From contig OZ025653.1 of assembly GCA_964019335.1 (NCBI GenBank), positions 310,001 to 374,000 on the forward strand: a stretch of DNA of 64,000 bases, read 5' to 3'. This document shows positions 28,016 to 40,246 of the stretch, one piece after another. Position 1 is the first letter of the stretch. Each line of letters starts with the position of its first letter. Source of the DNA: Diplonema japonicum. Taxonomy: Eukaryota > Protista > Euglenozoa: Diplonemea. The notes beneath the pieces are model-generated. The model saw only the letters and a program-made list of their open reading frames with translations. It had not been told where the DNA came from and did not search any database. The position numbers and the translations under genes were made by a program.

Positions 28016-30139
28016 TTTCTTTTTTGGTTGTTTTTTTTTTGTAGATAAAGGGGGGGATTTGAACAAAAAAAAAAAACCTTGTTCCCCTTTTTCCCTCCTT
28101 TGTTTTTGTTTTTTTTTTTTTTTTTTTTTTTTGAAGTTTTTTTTTTTAAAAAAAGAGGGGGTGGAAGAAGAAAAAAAAAAAAGAAGGAAGGAAAACCAAA
28201 CCGAACGGAGAACTGCACAAAGGACAGATCCACCTATGAAAGTAAGAAGAAAAAAAGAAAAAAGAAAAGAATCAAGGAACGAGTAAAAAGAAATCACCCC
28301 AAGGAAGATAGGAAAAAAAAAGGGGGGGGACTGGATATCACTATCTTGAGAAGTGCAGCAACGACTCGTCAGCGGAAAGAAAAGATAAAAAAAAAAAAGA
28401 AAAAATCGAGGTCAAGAGGTAATTCAACATAGAGGGAGAGATGGACAACAGAAAATAAAAGAGGGGGGAGACCAATGAAAATTGCAACGATAAAGATGGG
28501 AAGGAAAGAGAAATGAAACGGGGGGGAAGAAACAAAAAGAAAAAAGAAAAAAGAAAAAAACTAAGTATCAAAATGGTTTTTTTTTCCAATTGTACCAAAA
28601 CAGCCCCTTCGGAATCTAAAGCAGCATTTTACCTTTGCATCTTGTCAAACACCTCAGTAAAGAGGTACTTTTTTTTTAAATCTTATTATTTGACAATATG
28701 TGCTCGTATAGGTGCGCCCTGCTCCTGATGATATAGAAAAGAAAAAAAAAAAGAAACATTATCACGCGCTGGTTCCATGTAGGTATCATTGTAAGGACAA
28801 CATATAAAAGAATAAACATTTAAGAAGGATTGCGGGTAAGCAGATCTGAGTGCCTATTCACATTTTGTCAGTACCCCCTCTTTTATCGACATAATAAGGA
28901 GTGCTGGCTTCAAACAAAAAAAAAAAAAAAAAAAAAAAAAAAGCCATGTCTGAGACGCAACCCCTTCACCTGCGATAAGGAGGAAAGGCTTGTGTATGTA
29001 AGAAATACAGATAATACTCTAGGAACACCCATTTACAGAAAGATGCTCAGGAGAGGGGCAAAAAAGGGTTGGGATACAAAAAAGGCCATCTTTGTATGAT
29101 GTTCTCTCCCCTTTTCTTTTTCCTTTCAGGAAAAAGAGAAAGGTCTTGGGGGGGGGGGGGGGGGCAGTAAATGAAAAAGATTTGCAATCATTCAAAGGGG
29201 GGGGGAAAAACAAACAACAAGAAAAAAAAGAAGGAGAGAGGAGGATCAACAAGATAGGAGAAACTAAACAGGAAGAAATATCAACCTTTACTTTTTGTTG
29301 TTTTTTTTTTCCCCCCCTCTTTTCTCCTCCTGCCACCCCTTCTTTTTTGCTTTCTTTTTTTTTTATTTTTGTTTTTTTTTGTATTTTTCTTTATACTGGT
29401 ATTGGCTCTAGGAAGTCAAGCCTTGCGAGCTCACAGCTTGAAAGAAGGGAAAAAAAAAAAAAAAATAGGAACATCTAACCAACGACCACTCGTGACTGTT
29501 TTCTTTCGTTTCTTTTTTTTTTTGCTTTTCCTTAAAACTTCTTGCTTCTTTCTTATGACATCGTAAGGGTGAGAGGTTGAGAAAACAAACCCGGGAGAAA
29601 AAGAAGAAAAAAACTCGATCTTCGACCACCACAGCCGGCTCCAAGTGCGTTTGTAGTCTAACGGGTGCCGCCTCTCAGGCATGGGAGCATGATCCATGTT
29701 ACCCTTGTTTTGAAAAGTCTGTTTGTGCCTGGGTGACAGTAGCTCACCGCACCTCCTCTGAGCATCACCTTGGCTCAGACCTTCATGAAATGACTCGCTG
29801 CTGCCCGACGAAAATTAAAAAAAAAAAGAGAAAAAAAAAGAAAAAAAACGAAATCCGGGCTGTTTTCACCCCTAGCAATGAGGGGAACGGAAAAATTAAA
29901 AAAAATAGATCCTCAAGTTTCTTTTTTTTTTTTTTTTTTCTTCCTTCTTCTTTATTTGATTTTTATTTTTCCGCTTCAGAAAAAAAAGGGGGGGGTTCTT
30001 TTCCTTTCACCATCTTTACTCATCATGCCTTTTTTTATTTTCATTTTCTTTCTCCCCCATTTTTTATTTGTTCTTCTATCTTTCTTTTTTTCCCTTAGAG
30101 GGGAGGGGCCTTTTTTTCTCACTCACTTTTCGCCTACAG

Positions 30140-33100
30140 TCATTGCGACTCGTTCTCGGACTGCAGCAACCCACGTTCCACGTCCACGTAAGTATTCTTA
30201 CTAACGTAAACCTGAGCCACAGCAAAGCAAGCCATGAAACTACCCACACCGAGAAACACAGGGATATAGAAATCCACACGGCTAATGTCCTCCAAATCGT
30301 ACAGCGACTGGATACCAAACATGACTTGTATAATAGCTAAGAGGTAAACAGCACGGCCCACGAACAAGTGCACATATCGAAAGATCCACCTCTTAGGGTG
30401 CATTGGGTCACGGACAAACACGTAGCCAAGGATCCCAACTACAGGGTTCAAGCACGCAAGTACTAAAATAACAATCCCAATACTCCCATGCCCGCTGTAG
30501 CCCTGTCCGAAATTATTCTGCGTGGCCACGAGGTACCCCGCTATCGTGAGCACTACTGCGATCATCATGAGGACTATGTGCGTGTAGAACTGCCAGATCC
30601 CCTTTGCAATCTCCTTCCCAAACCTCTTCACAAGCACGCCACCAGGCACGATCCACATCCAGGCAACGATCATGAACCATCCGTGGATCAGTCTTTTGCT
30701 CTTTAAGGGGTTTGTTACCTTTGAGTTCGACCCCGATGCGAAGTTGATGGTGGTGGACCCCCTCCCGCCAGGGTTGCTGGCGTGACCTGTGAGCTGGTCG
30801 TGGTCACTCCTGGCGTAGTTGAAGGCTGTGTTCGCTTGCGGGTCGATGGGGTATCCTCCGTTGTTGAGCTTCCTCACAAACCTCAGCACCCCCACACCGT
30901 TGACATACTCGATCCCCGACCCGAGCAGCTCCTGCGTGGGGTCCGCAATGATCCCTGTTGGTGCCTTCTTCACCACGTTGTAGGACTGCACGTCCGTCTC
31001 GCCGTTCTCGTGCATGACACCGATGACACCTTTTGCCGGGATCATGAGCCCTGCATCGTTAGCTATGGTAAGCCCTATCCACCCCGGTTTCATGTCGCTG
31101 CGCACGGCAAGGTACACAGTCGTCTCCTTATCCCACGTCCAGTGCACTGTGACCCCCTCCGTCATGGTTGCCATGCAGTCGTATGTTGCCGTGCTGACAG
31201 AAACGTTCATCACAAGGTCTGAAGGCGTGCAGCCGTTCTGTCCACTCGGGCTGGGCGTGCCAGGAGGAGTCGGAGTGGGGGGCGTCGGAGGTTCATCATT
31301 CAGGGACAGCACGATTCCCTCACCTGCCCTTGAGGTTGAGTGGTAGCCAAAGTCCATCTTGTCCCCCACAGCAGAAATCACCTCCATACCCGTCGTCATC
31401 CCTTTCGGGAAGATCGTCGGCCTGAAGATGAAGTGCTCAGGACCGTACATCACGGGACGTGTCACATGAACAGTGCGCATCCCATTGCTCACAGCGTCAT
31501 TCACGATTGTCAGGCTGGAAGGCATGTTAGGCCCAGGGCCGGTGTTGGAGCTTGCTGGTCCGTTGAGGATGTTTTCAGTCACCTGGTGCGAGGCGAGGAT
31601 CGAATACGTGGCGTTCATTTCGTTGCTTCCAAAGCCGGCACCGAACCACTTGTCGGAAGGGCCTGTCATCACAATGCTCACAATGTCTTTCACATCATCG
31701 ATGTCAATCGACACTGTGATGTTCCCGTTCGCGTACTGGTGCTCGATCACCCCGTGGTAGACACCCTGCGGGTAAAGGGCGATGCTTCCTGATTCGTATT
31801 GGTCCTTGTGGTACGCGACCTTCCCGTCGACGAACTGCCCAGTGGCCGAGATGATGGGTATCTTAAGCTGACCAGCTCCGTAGTTGAACGACGAAACGTC
31901 GCTGCTCCTGACGGGCCTTGTCACAGTGACTGTCTTCACACCATTCTCCCAAGAAGAGTTCGTTACCTTGATTCCAGGTGTGTGGCCTGCAGCAAGGACA
32001 CCGCGGCCGTTTGAATCAGCAAAAGTGTGTGCTTCGAAGATCTTGCTGCCGTTGCCATCAGGGACAATGATCAGAGTCCAGGGTGCAGCTCCCATCCAAC
32101 TCCCGTTGAACCCCACAGCAAGGTAGTCGTCATCTTCAATCTTCCCGCTCATCACGATGGTCACCAAGTCTTCGCCTTCGTCGACCACAACAGAGACCGA
32201 TGTCGGGAGACCACCCACACTGCCGGACACAGCACGCACGGTGCTCAGCATGGCAGAGCCACTCTCAGCCTTCCCTTCTGCACTCACTGTGTATGGGACA
32301 TTCACTTCCCCAAAGCTGAAGGAGTAGTGCTGCTCCGTGATGCCTTGCATCGCACGAGTGATCTGTGTTCTAGTTTTACCCACAAAGCCTGCCATACCGT
32401 CATGATCACAGATATGTTGTTGTGCGCCACGTTGGTCACCTTGATCGAGGACTCCAACACCTGAGACCCAAACATCTCAACTGCCTAGTTTGAGTTTTTT
32501 TTAAGGTGTTTGATTACATACCGTGTCATCCTTCACGACGATTTGGTAGCCAGCAGTACCGAAGGCAATGGTGAAGGGCTGGGGACCCACCATGTGCAAC
32601 TCGATCTGTAAATTGGTATTTATTCCCCGTTTTTCTTATTGAACGAGATATAATTCTGGTAGAAATCTTTTTCACCCACACACCATGTCAGCAGCAGTAA
32701 CAGCAGTATGAGCAGTGAGGGTGAAGTCCACAAGAGTGGTGGCAGGAGTTGTGGAAACATGAGTGGCGGGGCTGAAGTCAAGCGTCACACCCGCACGGTT
32801 GTTGGGCCCGTGGTAGTTGAGGCTAGGGGTGGTTCCCACAGCAACAATCACAGGGAGTGAGAAGGGAGTGCCGTTGTTGGCGGAGAATGTCAAGTAATCA
32901 GAGCTGATCCCCACAAGGTCGCGCTTGAGGAGCACAGTGCGGACACCGCCCATCACCTGCTGGTGGACCATCTCGAACATGGCCGTATCCAGCGACCTGC
33001 CGGGACTGTCGTCACCCAACACCCTCTCGGTCACCTCCCCACTCCCGTCCACAATGACAGCGTACGTGCCGGCCATTCCGGTAGCGTTGAACCCAAGCCC

Positions 33101-35239
33101 GAACCACATGTCGCTCGGTCCCTCCAGTGCCACGTACATCGCACCTTCCTCTTCACTGATATCCACTTGCAGCTTGTTGATCACATTGTTCGACCCTACC
33201 ATGCGCCCGTTGAAGGCACCAGCGGGCGTGGGTTTTGGCGCAGGGGGCGGCGTTGGTATCGGGTTAGGCGTCGGGTTAGGTGTCGGTGTGGGGGTGTCGG
33301 TTGAAAGCACGATTCCCTCACCTGCCCTTGAGGTTGAGTGGTAGCCAAAGTCCATCTTGTCCCCCACAGCAGAAATCACCTCCATACCCGTCGTCATCCC
33401 TTTCGGGAAGATCGTCGGCCTGAAGATGAAGTGCTCAGGACCGTACATCACGGGACGTGTCACATGAACAGTGCGCATCCCATTGCTCACAGCGTCATTC
33501 ACGATTGTCAGGCTGGAAGGCATGTTAGGCCCAGGGCCGGTGTTGGAGCTTGCTGGTCCGTTGAGGATGTTTTCAGTCACCTGGTGCGAGGCGAGGATCG
33601 AATACGTGGCGTTCATTTCGTTGCTTCCAAAGCCGGCACCGAACCACTTGTCGGAAGGGCCTGTCATCACAATGCTCACAATGTCTTTCACATCATCGAT
33701 GTCTATCGACACTGTGATGTTCCCGTTCGCGTACTGGTGCTCGATCACCCCGTGGTAGACACCCTGCGGGTAAAGGAAAAGGTCCCCGTCGATATTGTTG
33801 TTACCATGGAACTCGACCTTCCCGTCGACGTAAGGCCCAGTGGCCGAGATGACTGACATTTCCAGCTGCCCAGCCCCGAAGTCGAAGGAACGGGCATCGT
33901 TGGTCCTGACGGGCCTTGTCACAGTGACTGTCTTCACACCATTTCCCCAAGTGACGTCGGTGATCTTGATCCCAGGTGTGTGGCCTGCAGCGGTGACACC
34001 ATGGCCGACGGTGCCGAATGTGTGTGCTTCGAAGATCTTGCTGCCGTTGCCATCAGGGACAATGATCAGAGTCCATGGCTTGTCAGACATCCTGCTCGCG
34101 TTGAACCCCACAGCAAGGTAGTCACTATCTTCAATCTCCCCGCTCATCACGATGGTCACCAAGTCTTCGCCTTCGTCGACCACAACAGAGACCGATGTCG
34201 GGAGACCACCCACACTGCCGGACACAGCACGCACGGTGCTCAGCATGGCAGAGCCACTCTCAGCCTTCCCTTCTGCACTCACTGTGTATGGGACATTCAC
34301 TTCCCCAAAGCTGAAGGAGTAGTGCTGCTCCGTGATGCCTTGCATCGCACGAGTGATCTGTGTTCTAGTTTTACCCACAAAGCCTGCCATACCGTCATGA
34401 TCACAGATATGTTGTTGTGCGCCACGTTGGTCACCTTGATCGAGGACTCCAACACCTGAGACCCAAACATCTCAACTGCCTGGTTTGAGTTTTTTTTAAA
34501 TGTGTTTGATTACATACCGTGTCATCCTTCACGACGATCTGGTAGCCAGCAGTACCGAAGGCAATGGTGAAGGGCTGGGGACCCACCATGTGCAACTCGA
34601 TCTGTTATAAATTGGTATACGTTCCCTTTACTTTCTTTCTTTTTCACCACACACCATGTCAGCAGCAGTAACAGCAGTATGAGCAGTGAGGGTGAAGTCC
34701 ACAAGAGTGGTGGCAGGAGTTGTGGAAACATGAGTGGCGGGGCTGAAGTCAAGCGTCACACCCGCACGGTTGTTGGGCCCGTGGTAGTTGAGGCTAGGGG
34801 TGGTTCCCACAGCAACAATCACAGGGAGTGAGAAGGGAGTGCCGTTGTTGGCGGAGAATGTCAAGTAATCAGAGCTGATCCCCACAAGGTCGCGCTTGAG
34901 GAGCACAGTGCGGACACCGCCCATCACCTGCTGGTGGACCATCTCGAACATGGCCGTATCCAGCGACCTGCCGGGACTGTCGTCACCCAACACCCTCTCG
35001 GTCACCTCCCCACTCCCGTCCACAATGACAGCGTACGTGCCGGCCATTCCGGTAGCGTTGAACCCAAGCCCGAACCACATGTCGCTCGGTCCCTCCAGTG
35101 CCACGTACATCGCACCTTCCTCTTCACTGATATCCACTTGCAGCTTGTTGATCACATTGTTCGACCCTACCATGCGCCCGTTGAAGGCACCCGAAGAGAC
35201 ACCCACCACCACAGCAAGAAGTGCCGTTTGAAGTATCAT
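30140..35239 (-). CDS. Single ~1607-aa signal-peptide protein with multiple DOMON-like domains and a C-terminal cytochrome b561 domain; 6 introns (32363-32397, 32485-32521, 32606-32683, 34358-34392, 34480-34517, 34602-34654)
   Basis: Three ORF-track ORFs join through phase-0 GT-AG introns; spliced length 4824 nt is divisible by 3. Repeated WFG(L/A)GF..M and YH heme-ligand motifs. b561 histidines in HGWFM, YTHIVL, GHGSIG and YVHLFVG. Signal peptide MILQTALLAVVVGVSSG. Confidence 0.88.
31308..35191. repeat. Intragenic ~1.9-kb tandem duplication (31308-33220 and 33306-35191) including three introns
   Basis: Near-identical sequence at offset ~1998, with a divergent patch at ~31778-32140 vs ~33776-34138. 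Confidence 0.95.
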
Positions 35240-37161
35240 TGTTCTCTCCCCCCCCTTTTTTTTCGCCACTCGTTCGGAATTCTGTGTGGGGCTTTTTTTG
35301 TTTCCCCCTTTGTTGACAAAAAAAAAAAGAAAAAAAGAGTAAGGGGGAAAAGGAAACAGCCTTCTTTTTTTTTTAATTTTTTACATTTTACGATCAAAAA
35401 CCTTTTTTATTTAATAGGAAAAAGAGAAAAAAAAAAGTTGAACCCTCGCGACGCACTCCACTGCTTCGCACGTGACACCTTATTTCTTTTTATATAAAAA
35501 AAAAGGGGGGGATGAAAATATGGAACTATTCTTTTTTGCAAATTGCTGGAATACGCTAAAAACTTATTTAGAACGGGTTTTCTTTTTTTCTTTTCTTTCT
35601 TTTTTTTTCCCGCCACCATTCGCAGGGCTTTTTTATAGAAAAAAATTAGAAAAGATAAAATGAAAAAGGGAGGAACAGCTCTTAAAATAAAAAATAAAAA
35701 ACTAGTTTGGCGCTTTTACTTATTTGTGCGCACGAGATAAAAAAGGGGGTATCTTGCTGACGACTCTGGTACACCTTCGTCACTCGCTCTGGTCCAACAA
35801 GTACCAGAGTGAACTCAAAAAGACGAAAAGGTGTAAAGACAAAAATTATTTTACCACCACAATGAACCATAACTTTTAACAAACAAAAAGAAAAAGATGT
35901 CAGACAGGACCATTTTCTGGAGTATACTTTTTTTTTTTTTTTTTTCTTCTTTTTTTTTCTTTTCCAAACTATATTTATCCATTTTGTTTCTCTAGTTTAA
36001 AGTTTCTTGGGAAATATTCTTCCAAAAAAAGGGAGGGGGGGGGGGATACCGATTTCCCTCTTTCTCCACACACGGGGTTACAACAACGATAAACAAAAGA
36101 ACATAGAACAGTCGAACGACTCAGCTGTAGGCAGTCAATAAAAAGAAATACTGCTCAGCAGACGCACACTTCACACCGCATTCCCTTCTTAAGGTAGCCA
36201 AACGCCAAATGCCTCGTCTTCTAATTAAAGACGCGCATGAAACTGTCAGCGGGGAAAGAAGACGGAGGAAGACACCTGATAAAAAATGGAAGAGGGGGGG
36301 AAATCACAACGAGTTATAATCTCTCTCTCTTTTTTTTTTTTCTTCTTTTCTTTTTTTTTTTTTTCCCTCCCTATTTTTTCTTCGTACTGGTTGCTTAAGC
36401 CTTGTATGCCGACTAAGCAAGAACCAGGAATCGCCACAACATAATAGACCAAGCAAAAAAAAAAAAAAAAATGAGAGACTTAAGCGATGGAGAGAAAAAT
36501 GTCTTAAACAAAACACAAGAAGACACCAAAGAGGGGGAAGGGGGTGGGAAACACACAAGGAGACGCCGAAGAGGGGGCAAGGGAGTGGGAAATACGCATT
36601 TCTTTTTTTTTTTTTTTCCTTCATTTTCTTTTTTTTTTTTCCGAAAAAGAAAACTTTTAAAAAAAAAAAAGGCAAGTAACATTTTTCATTGTTTGTGCGA
36701 TACGGCTTTACGAATTTTTTTTTTTTTTTTTCCTTTTCTTTTTTTAAGGAAAAGATCACCGTTCACAAGAAGCAACACCTCCCCCCCCCGTTTCGAGATG
36801 CAAAAAAAAGTGAGAATTCCCTGGTACTGGGCTTTATGAAAGTTGGAAATAGCCCCTTTTATTTTTATTTTGTTCTCATTTTCAGCTTTTTGAATTATCA
36901 CAATCTTGCCATCGGTTGGTGCTTGGCACCTTGGGAGGAAGGCATGCAGGCTCAGCGGGGGTTCGGTATCCATGGGGGGGGGGGGGGGGGGGGGGGGGGG
37001 AACGTTTTCTGGAAGCTTGCAATGCATAAAAAGATGATGTGAACAGTGGCTTCCCCTTTAAAGCAAATATTTGCTGCCCAACTATTCTCTTTTTCTTTTC
37101 TTCTTTTCTTCTTCGTATTCTTTTTTTTTTTGATACTTACAATAGCTTTTTATTTCTTCTA

Positions 37162-37850
37162 AGGGGGGGGGGGGTCCGAATAATTCCCTCCCAAATAATG
37201 TGTTTTTTCCCAAATAATTCTTTTTTATTATGGGATTTTTCCGCCCCAAATTTCCCAAATAATTCCCGACCCCCTTTCTTTTTGGGGGGGACCGGGGGGT
37301 GGGAATCACGGGGGGTCACATCGTAGTCGTGCAACAGGTTTTTCTCAGTTACACCTGTGCAGGGTACTAACCTACCTAACCCATGTATACACCCCTTTAT
37401 TTGACCAAAAAGTCGATTTACGGATTTAGCGAAGTAAGCACTTTGAAGGGGTCAGACTTTAGACAGTGCAGCACAGAACGTTGTTGCCGGTGTTACAATG
37501 GACACTGCACCTGACGAGACTCCAGCAGCCTCCCAAGCTCTTGCAGCTTCTCAAGCCTCTCAGACCCCCGCAACCTCCCAGCAACCACCTAACGCCAAAA
37601 CCAGGTGGTTTGTCTGCAACGTTTGTGGGTTCTCCACAGCCTGGGAGAAAAACTGTTAAAAAATCTTGGCACGATTTGGCATGTTAAGATTTCCGAAGTG
37701 CTCCAAGCCCCCGCCCCCTGCTTTCCATGTGGCAGGCCCCCCAGCCCAAATAAGTACAACCCAAATAAGTGTATTCCAAATAATTCTTTTTTTTTGGAGC
37801 CCAAACACCCCCCCTCCACTGCCCAAATAAAGGGATTATTCGGACCCCCT
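37162..37850. mobile_element. MITE-like non-autonomous DNA transposon
   Basis: TIR AG(n)TCCGAATAA(T)TCCCT / AGGGATTATTCGGACCCCCT. Repeated subterminal CCCAAATAA motifs. Right flank TTAA. Confidence 0.7.
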
Positions 37851-37985
37851 TTAATTTCTTTTTTTTTTTTTTTTTTTTATTCCTGAGGTTTCTCTTAATT
37901 CGTTTTCTTAAGTGCACCATGCAATGCATCAAAGGAGAGAGAAGGAGTCCAAAATCCGAAAAAGATAACAAAACAAGACAAAAAA

Positions 37986-38096
37986 GGTAATTCACTTATT
38001 ACCCAAGAAAAGTGCTGAAATTCGCCGGGTTTTTGGGGTCCAGGGGAACATCCACCAAGCATCACTGAATTTGAGCTGGGTATTAAGTGAATTACC
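37986..38096. repeat. 111-bp foldback with 20-bp inverted termini
   Basis: GGTAATTCACTTATTACCCA vs TGGGTATTAAGTGAATTACC (19/20). Confidence 0.7.
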
Positions 38097-38341
38097 CCTG
38101 GAACATTCAGGAAAGGACTTTTCTTCTTCTTTTCTTTTTTTTTTCCCCCCCTTCTCTTGAAATGAAAGGAAAAAAAAAAAATACTCGATGCTGCCTGACT
38201 AAAGGCCGCAGAGGGGGGGGGGGGGATAGGGAGTAAGGTTAAAAAAAGGCCTCATATCTCTAAAACCCGTTTTAGCCGGAGGACAAACATCAGGGGGGAA
38301 AAAAAAAATAATATATAATAAAAATTGTTTGTTCTCAAAAA

Positions 38342-38375
<34 letters not shown>

Positions 38376-38466
38376 CAATCGATTTTTTCTCTCTCTTTTT
38401 TTTTTCCTCGTGCATTTTCAGAATGGTGACAGGTTTAGAGATATTGAGCGTAAATTAGGGGGGTCT

Positions 38467-38844
38467 TTAAGGGTTTGCTGGGGTGCTTAAGGGTTTGCGA
38501 GAATTCGGAACAGAGGAGAGGGAGTGTTCATACGGCCTATGCGTGGCAGGGGGACGCTTGGCACTGCTGCGTAGCTGGGCTTCCGCACAAGCAAGATCTT
38601 TGTTCTTGTCCTGTACCTGCATCTCCAAGGCCTGTATACGCCTTTTGCCAGAAAGGTTCTCCTCAGAGACCTGCCTCACTCTCCACCTCGCTTCGTCTCT
38701 CTCCCATCGCACAAATTGCAGTTCCTCTCTAGCCTTCACCATCTCTCTGCACACATGATCAATGTACCCTGTGATGAGCTGCACCTCATTATGGTCTATT
38801 TCGCGCAGCAGCGCGTTCAGCCTGGCCCTCCGCGGTGAGATCAT
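38467..38844 (-). CDS. Small coiled-coil hypothetical protein
   Basis: GC-rich ORF in AT-rich flanks, A-rich context before the ATG, heptad-like E/R/L content. Confidence 0.7.
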   Translation of the reverse strand: MISPRRARLNALLREIDHNEVQLITGYIDHVCREMVKAREELQFVRWERDEARWRVRQVSEENLSGKRRIQALEMQVQDKNKDLACAEAQLRSSAKRPPATHRPYEHSLSSVPNSRKPLSTPANP

Positions 38845-39154
38845 TCTTTTTTTTTTATTTTCTTTTTTTTTTTTCGTTCTTTTCTCTGTTCCCCCACCTT
38901 TTTTTTTTTTTTTTAAGAACTTCTTTTAGAATGATTGCATTGGTCTAAGAGAAGAAAAAAAAATAAAAAATAAAAAAACGACAAAAAAAAAATAATAGTT
39001 CAGAACTGGGCATTTTCTTTATTCTTTTTCTTTTTGAATAATAATTGAAAGAAAGAAAAAAAAAATCTGGTTTTTTTTTTTTTCCCAATTTTTTTTTCCC
39101 CCGCTTCTCTCGCACAAGAAATCTTTTTTTTTACTTCCCCCCCTATTGCACCCT

Positions 39155-40174
39155 TCACAGAACAGGTGTAGCGCCTTTCAGTATGACAGCAGATTTAATG
39201 AACTGCTCGCACGGTCTTGTGATGTCGCGCTCGCGGTGCCACGTTATGTGGTCCGCATGAGACGACAGCCGCATCCATGACCGCCCATACTGCGTGAGCT
39301 TATCATAGGTGATGTCTTGAGACGCTGCAGAGGGCGCGGACGCCTCCAGCATGTCTATGGTGTTGTCGTACGAGATCAACGAGTCCTTCATGCCGTGAAG
39401 GAAGAGAACAGGACACTCTGTATCGACAATATCATTGACAGGCGACCACCCAGAGCAGGGCCGCATGCAGGATCCTACACACGCCGCACAGCAGCCTGGG
39501 GTGTGGAACGATATTACATGTGATATTATCCGCGTCATCCTTGTGAAAGGGGATATCAAGATCAGCCCCCCGCATGGTACCAGGCTTGCTAACCTTGTCG
39601 CCGGTCCCGTCCCTATGGAGTGTCCCACTACTATGATGCGTGAAGGGTCGCATTCTAGAACTTCTTTAACGTATTCGTAAGCAAGCCGGGCAACCTTGTC
39701 GATCCCAGAAGGGGAGGGGCCTGACCATGCGTGTTGTTCCTTGTACATCCCGTACCCTGGGAACTCTGGCATTAAGACCCCCATGTTGACAGCGTCAGCC
39801 ATCGACTGGCAGATGTCTTCACAGTCATTTACCGTCATCGCGTTCCCGTGCAGCCATACCACCATCATCGTCACCTTCTCCTCTGAAGAAGGTGATACCA
39901 GAATCGCCGGGCATTGTCCTTCTAACTGTACAATCTTCGAAGCAGTCTTCATTCCCACTGTAGAGCTAAATTCCTTTGCAGGAAACAGACAGTGCCGCAA
40001 GAAAAGCACGATCAACCCAACCACGCCTGCAGCAACCGCTGCCACACCCGCTCCGATCAGCAGTCCTGGTGTCCATTCATCATCTATTCGCACACTGCCC
40101 ACCACTATGATCGCCAATGCAAGGAACACCCACACCAGCAAGACATAGCACCTCCATTCACTGCAGCATAGCAT
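39155..40174 (-). CDS. Membrane-anchored alpha/beta hydrolase, ABHD17/ABHD13-like
   Basis: Two N-terminal hydrophobic helices, LHGNA, EFPGYG, GHSIG nucleophile, HGMKD, and a His in ADH. Confidence 0.88.
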   Translation of the reverse strand: MLCCSEWRCYVLLVWVFLALAIIVVGSVRIDDEWTPGLLIGAGVAAVAAGVVGLIVLFLRHCLFPAKEFSSTVGMKTASKIVQLEGQCPAILVSPSSEEKVTMMVVWLHGNAMTVNDCEDICQSMADAVNMGVLMPEFPGYGMYKEQHAWSGPSPSGIDKVARLAYEYVKEVLECDPSRIIVVGHSIGTGPATRLASLVPCGGLILISPFTRMTRIISHVISFHTPGCCAACVGSCMRPCSGWSPVNDIVDTECPVLFLHGMKDSLISYDNTIDMLEASAPSAASQDITYDKLTQYGRSWMRLSSHADHITWHRERDITRPCEQFIKSAVILKGATPVL

Positions 40175-40246
40175 ATTGCATCGCTGTGCGGCGTAATGGT
40201 AACGTGGAATAGGAATGTGGTGAAGAAATAAAAAAAGGGAGTGAAC

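Noticed and set aside
29612-29810. GC-rich island containing ACCTCCTC..CATCACC, similar to the ribozyme core, and a weak C/D box
   Set aside because: P3, P1.1 and J4/2 cannot be formed and the C box is imperfect. No second copy in the window.
27910-30100. Many short Phe/Lys-rich ORFs here and in other spacers
   Set aside because: These are translations of poly(T)/poly(A) tracts, not genes.
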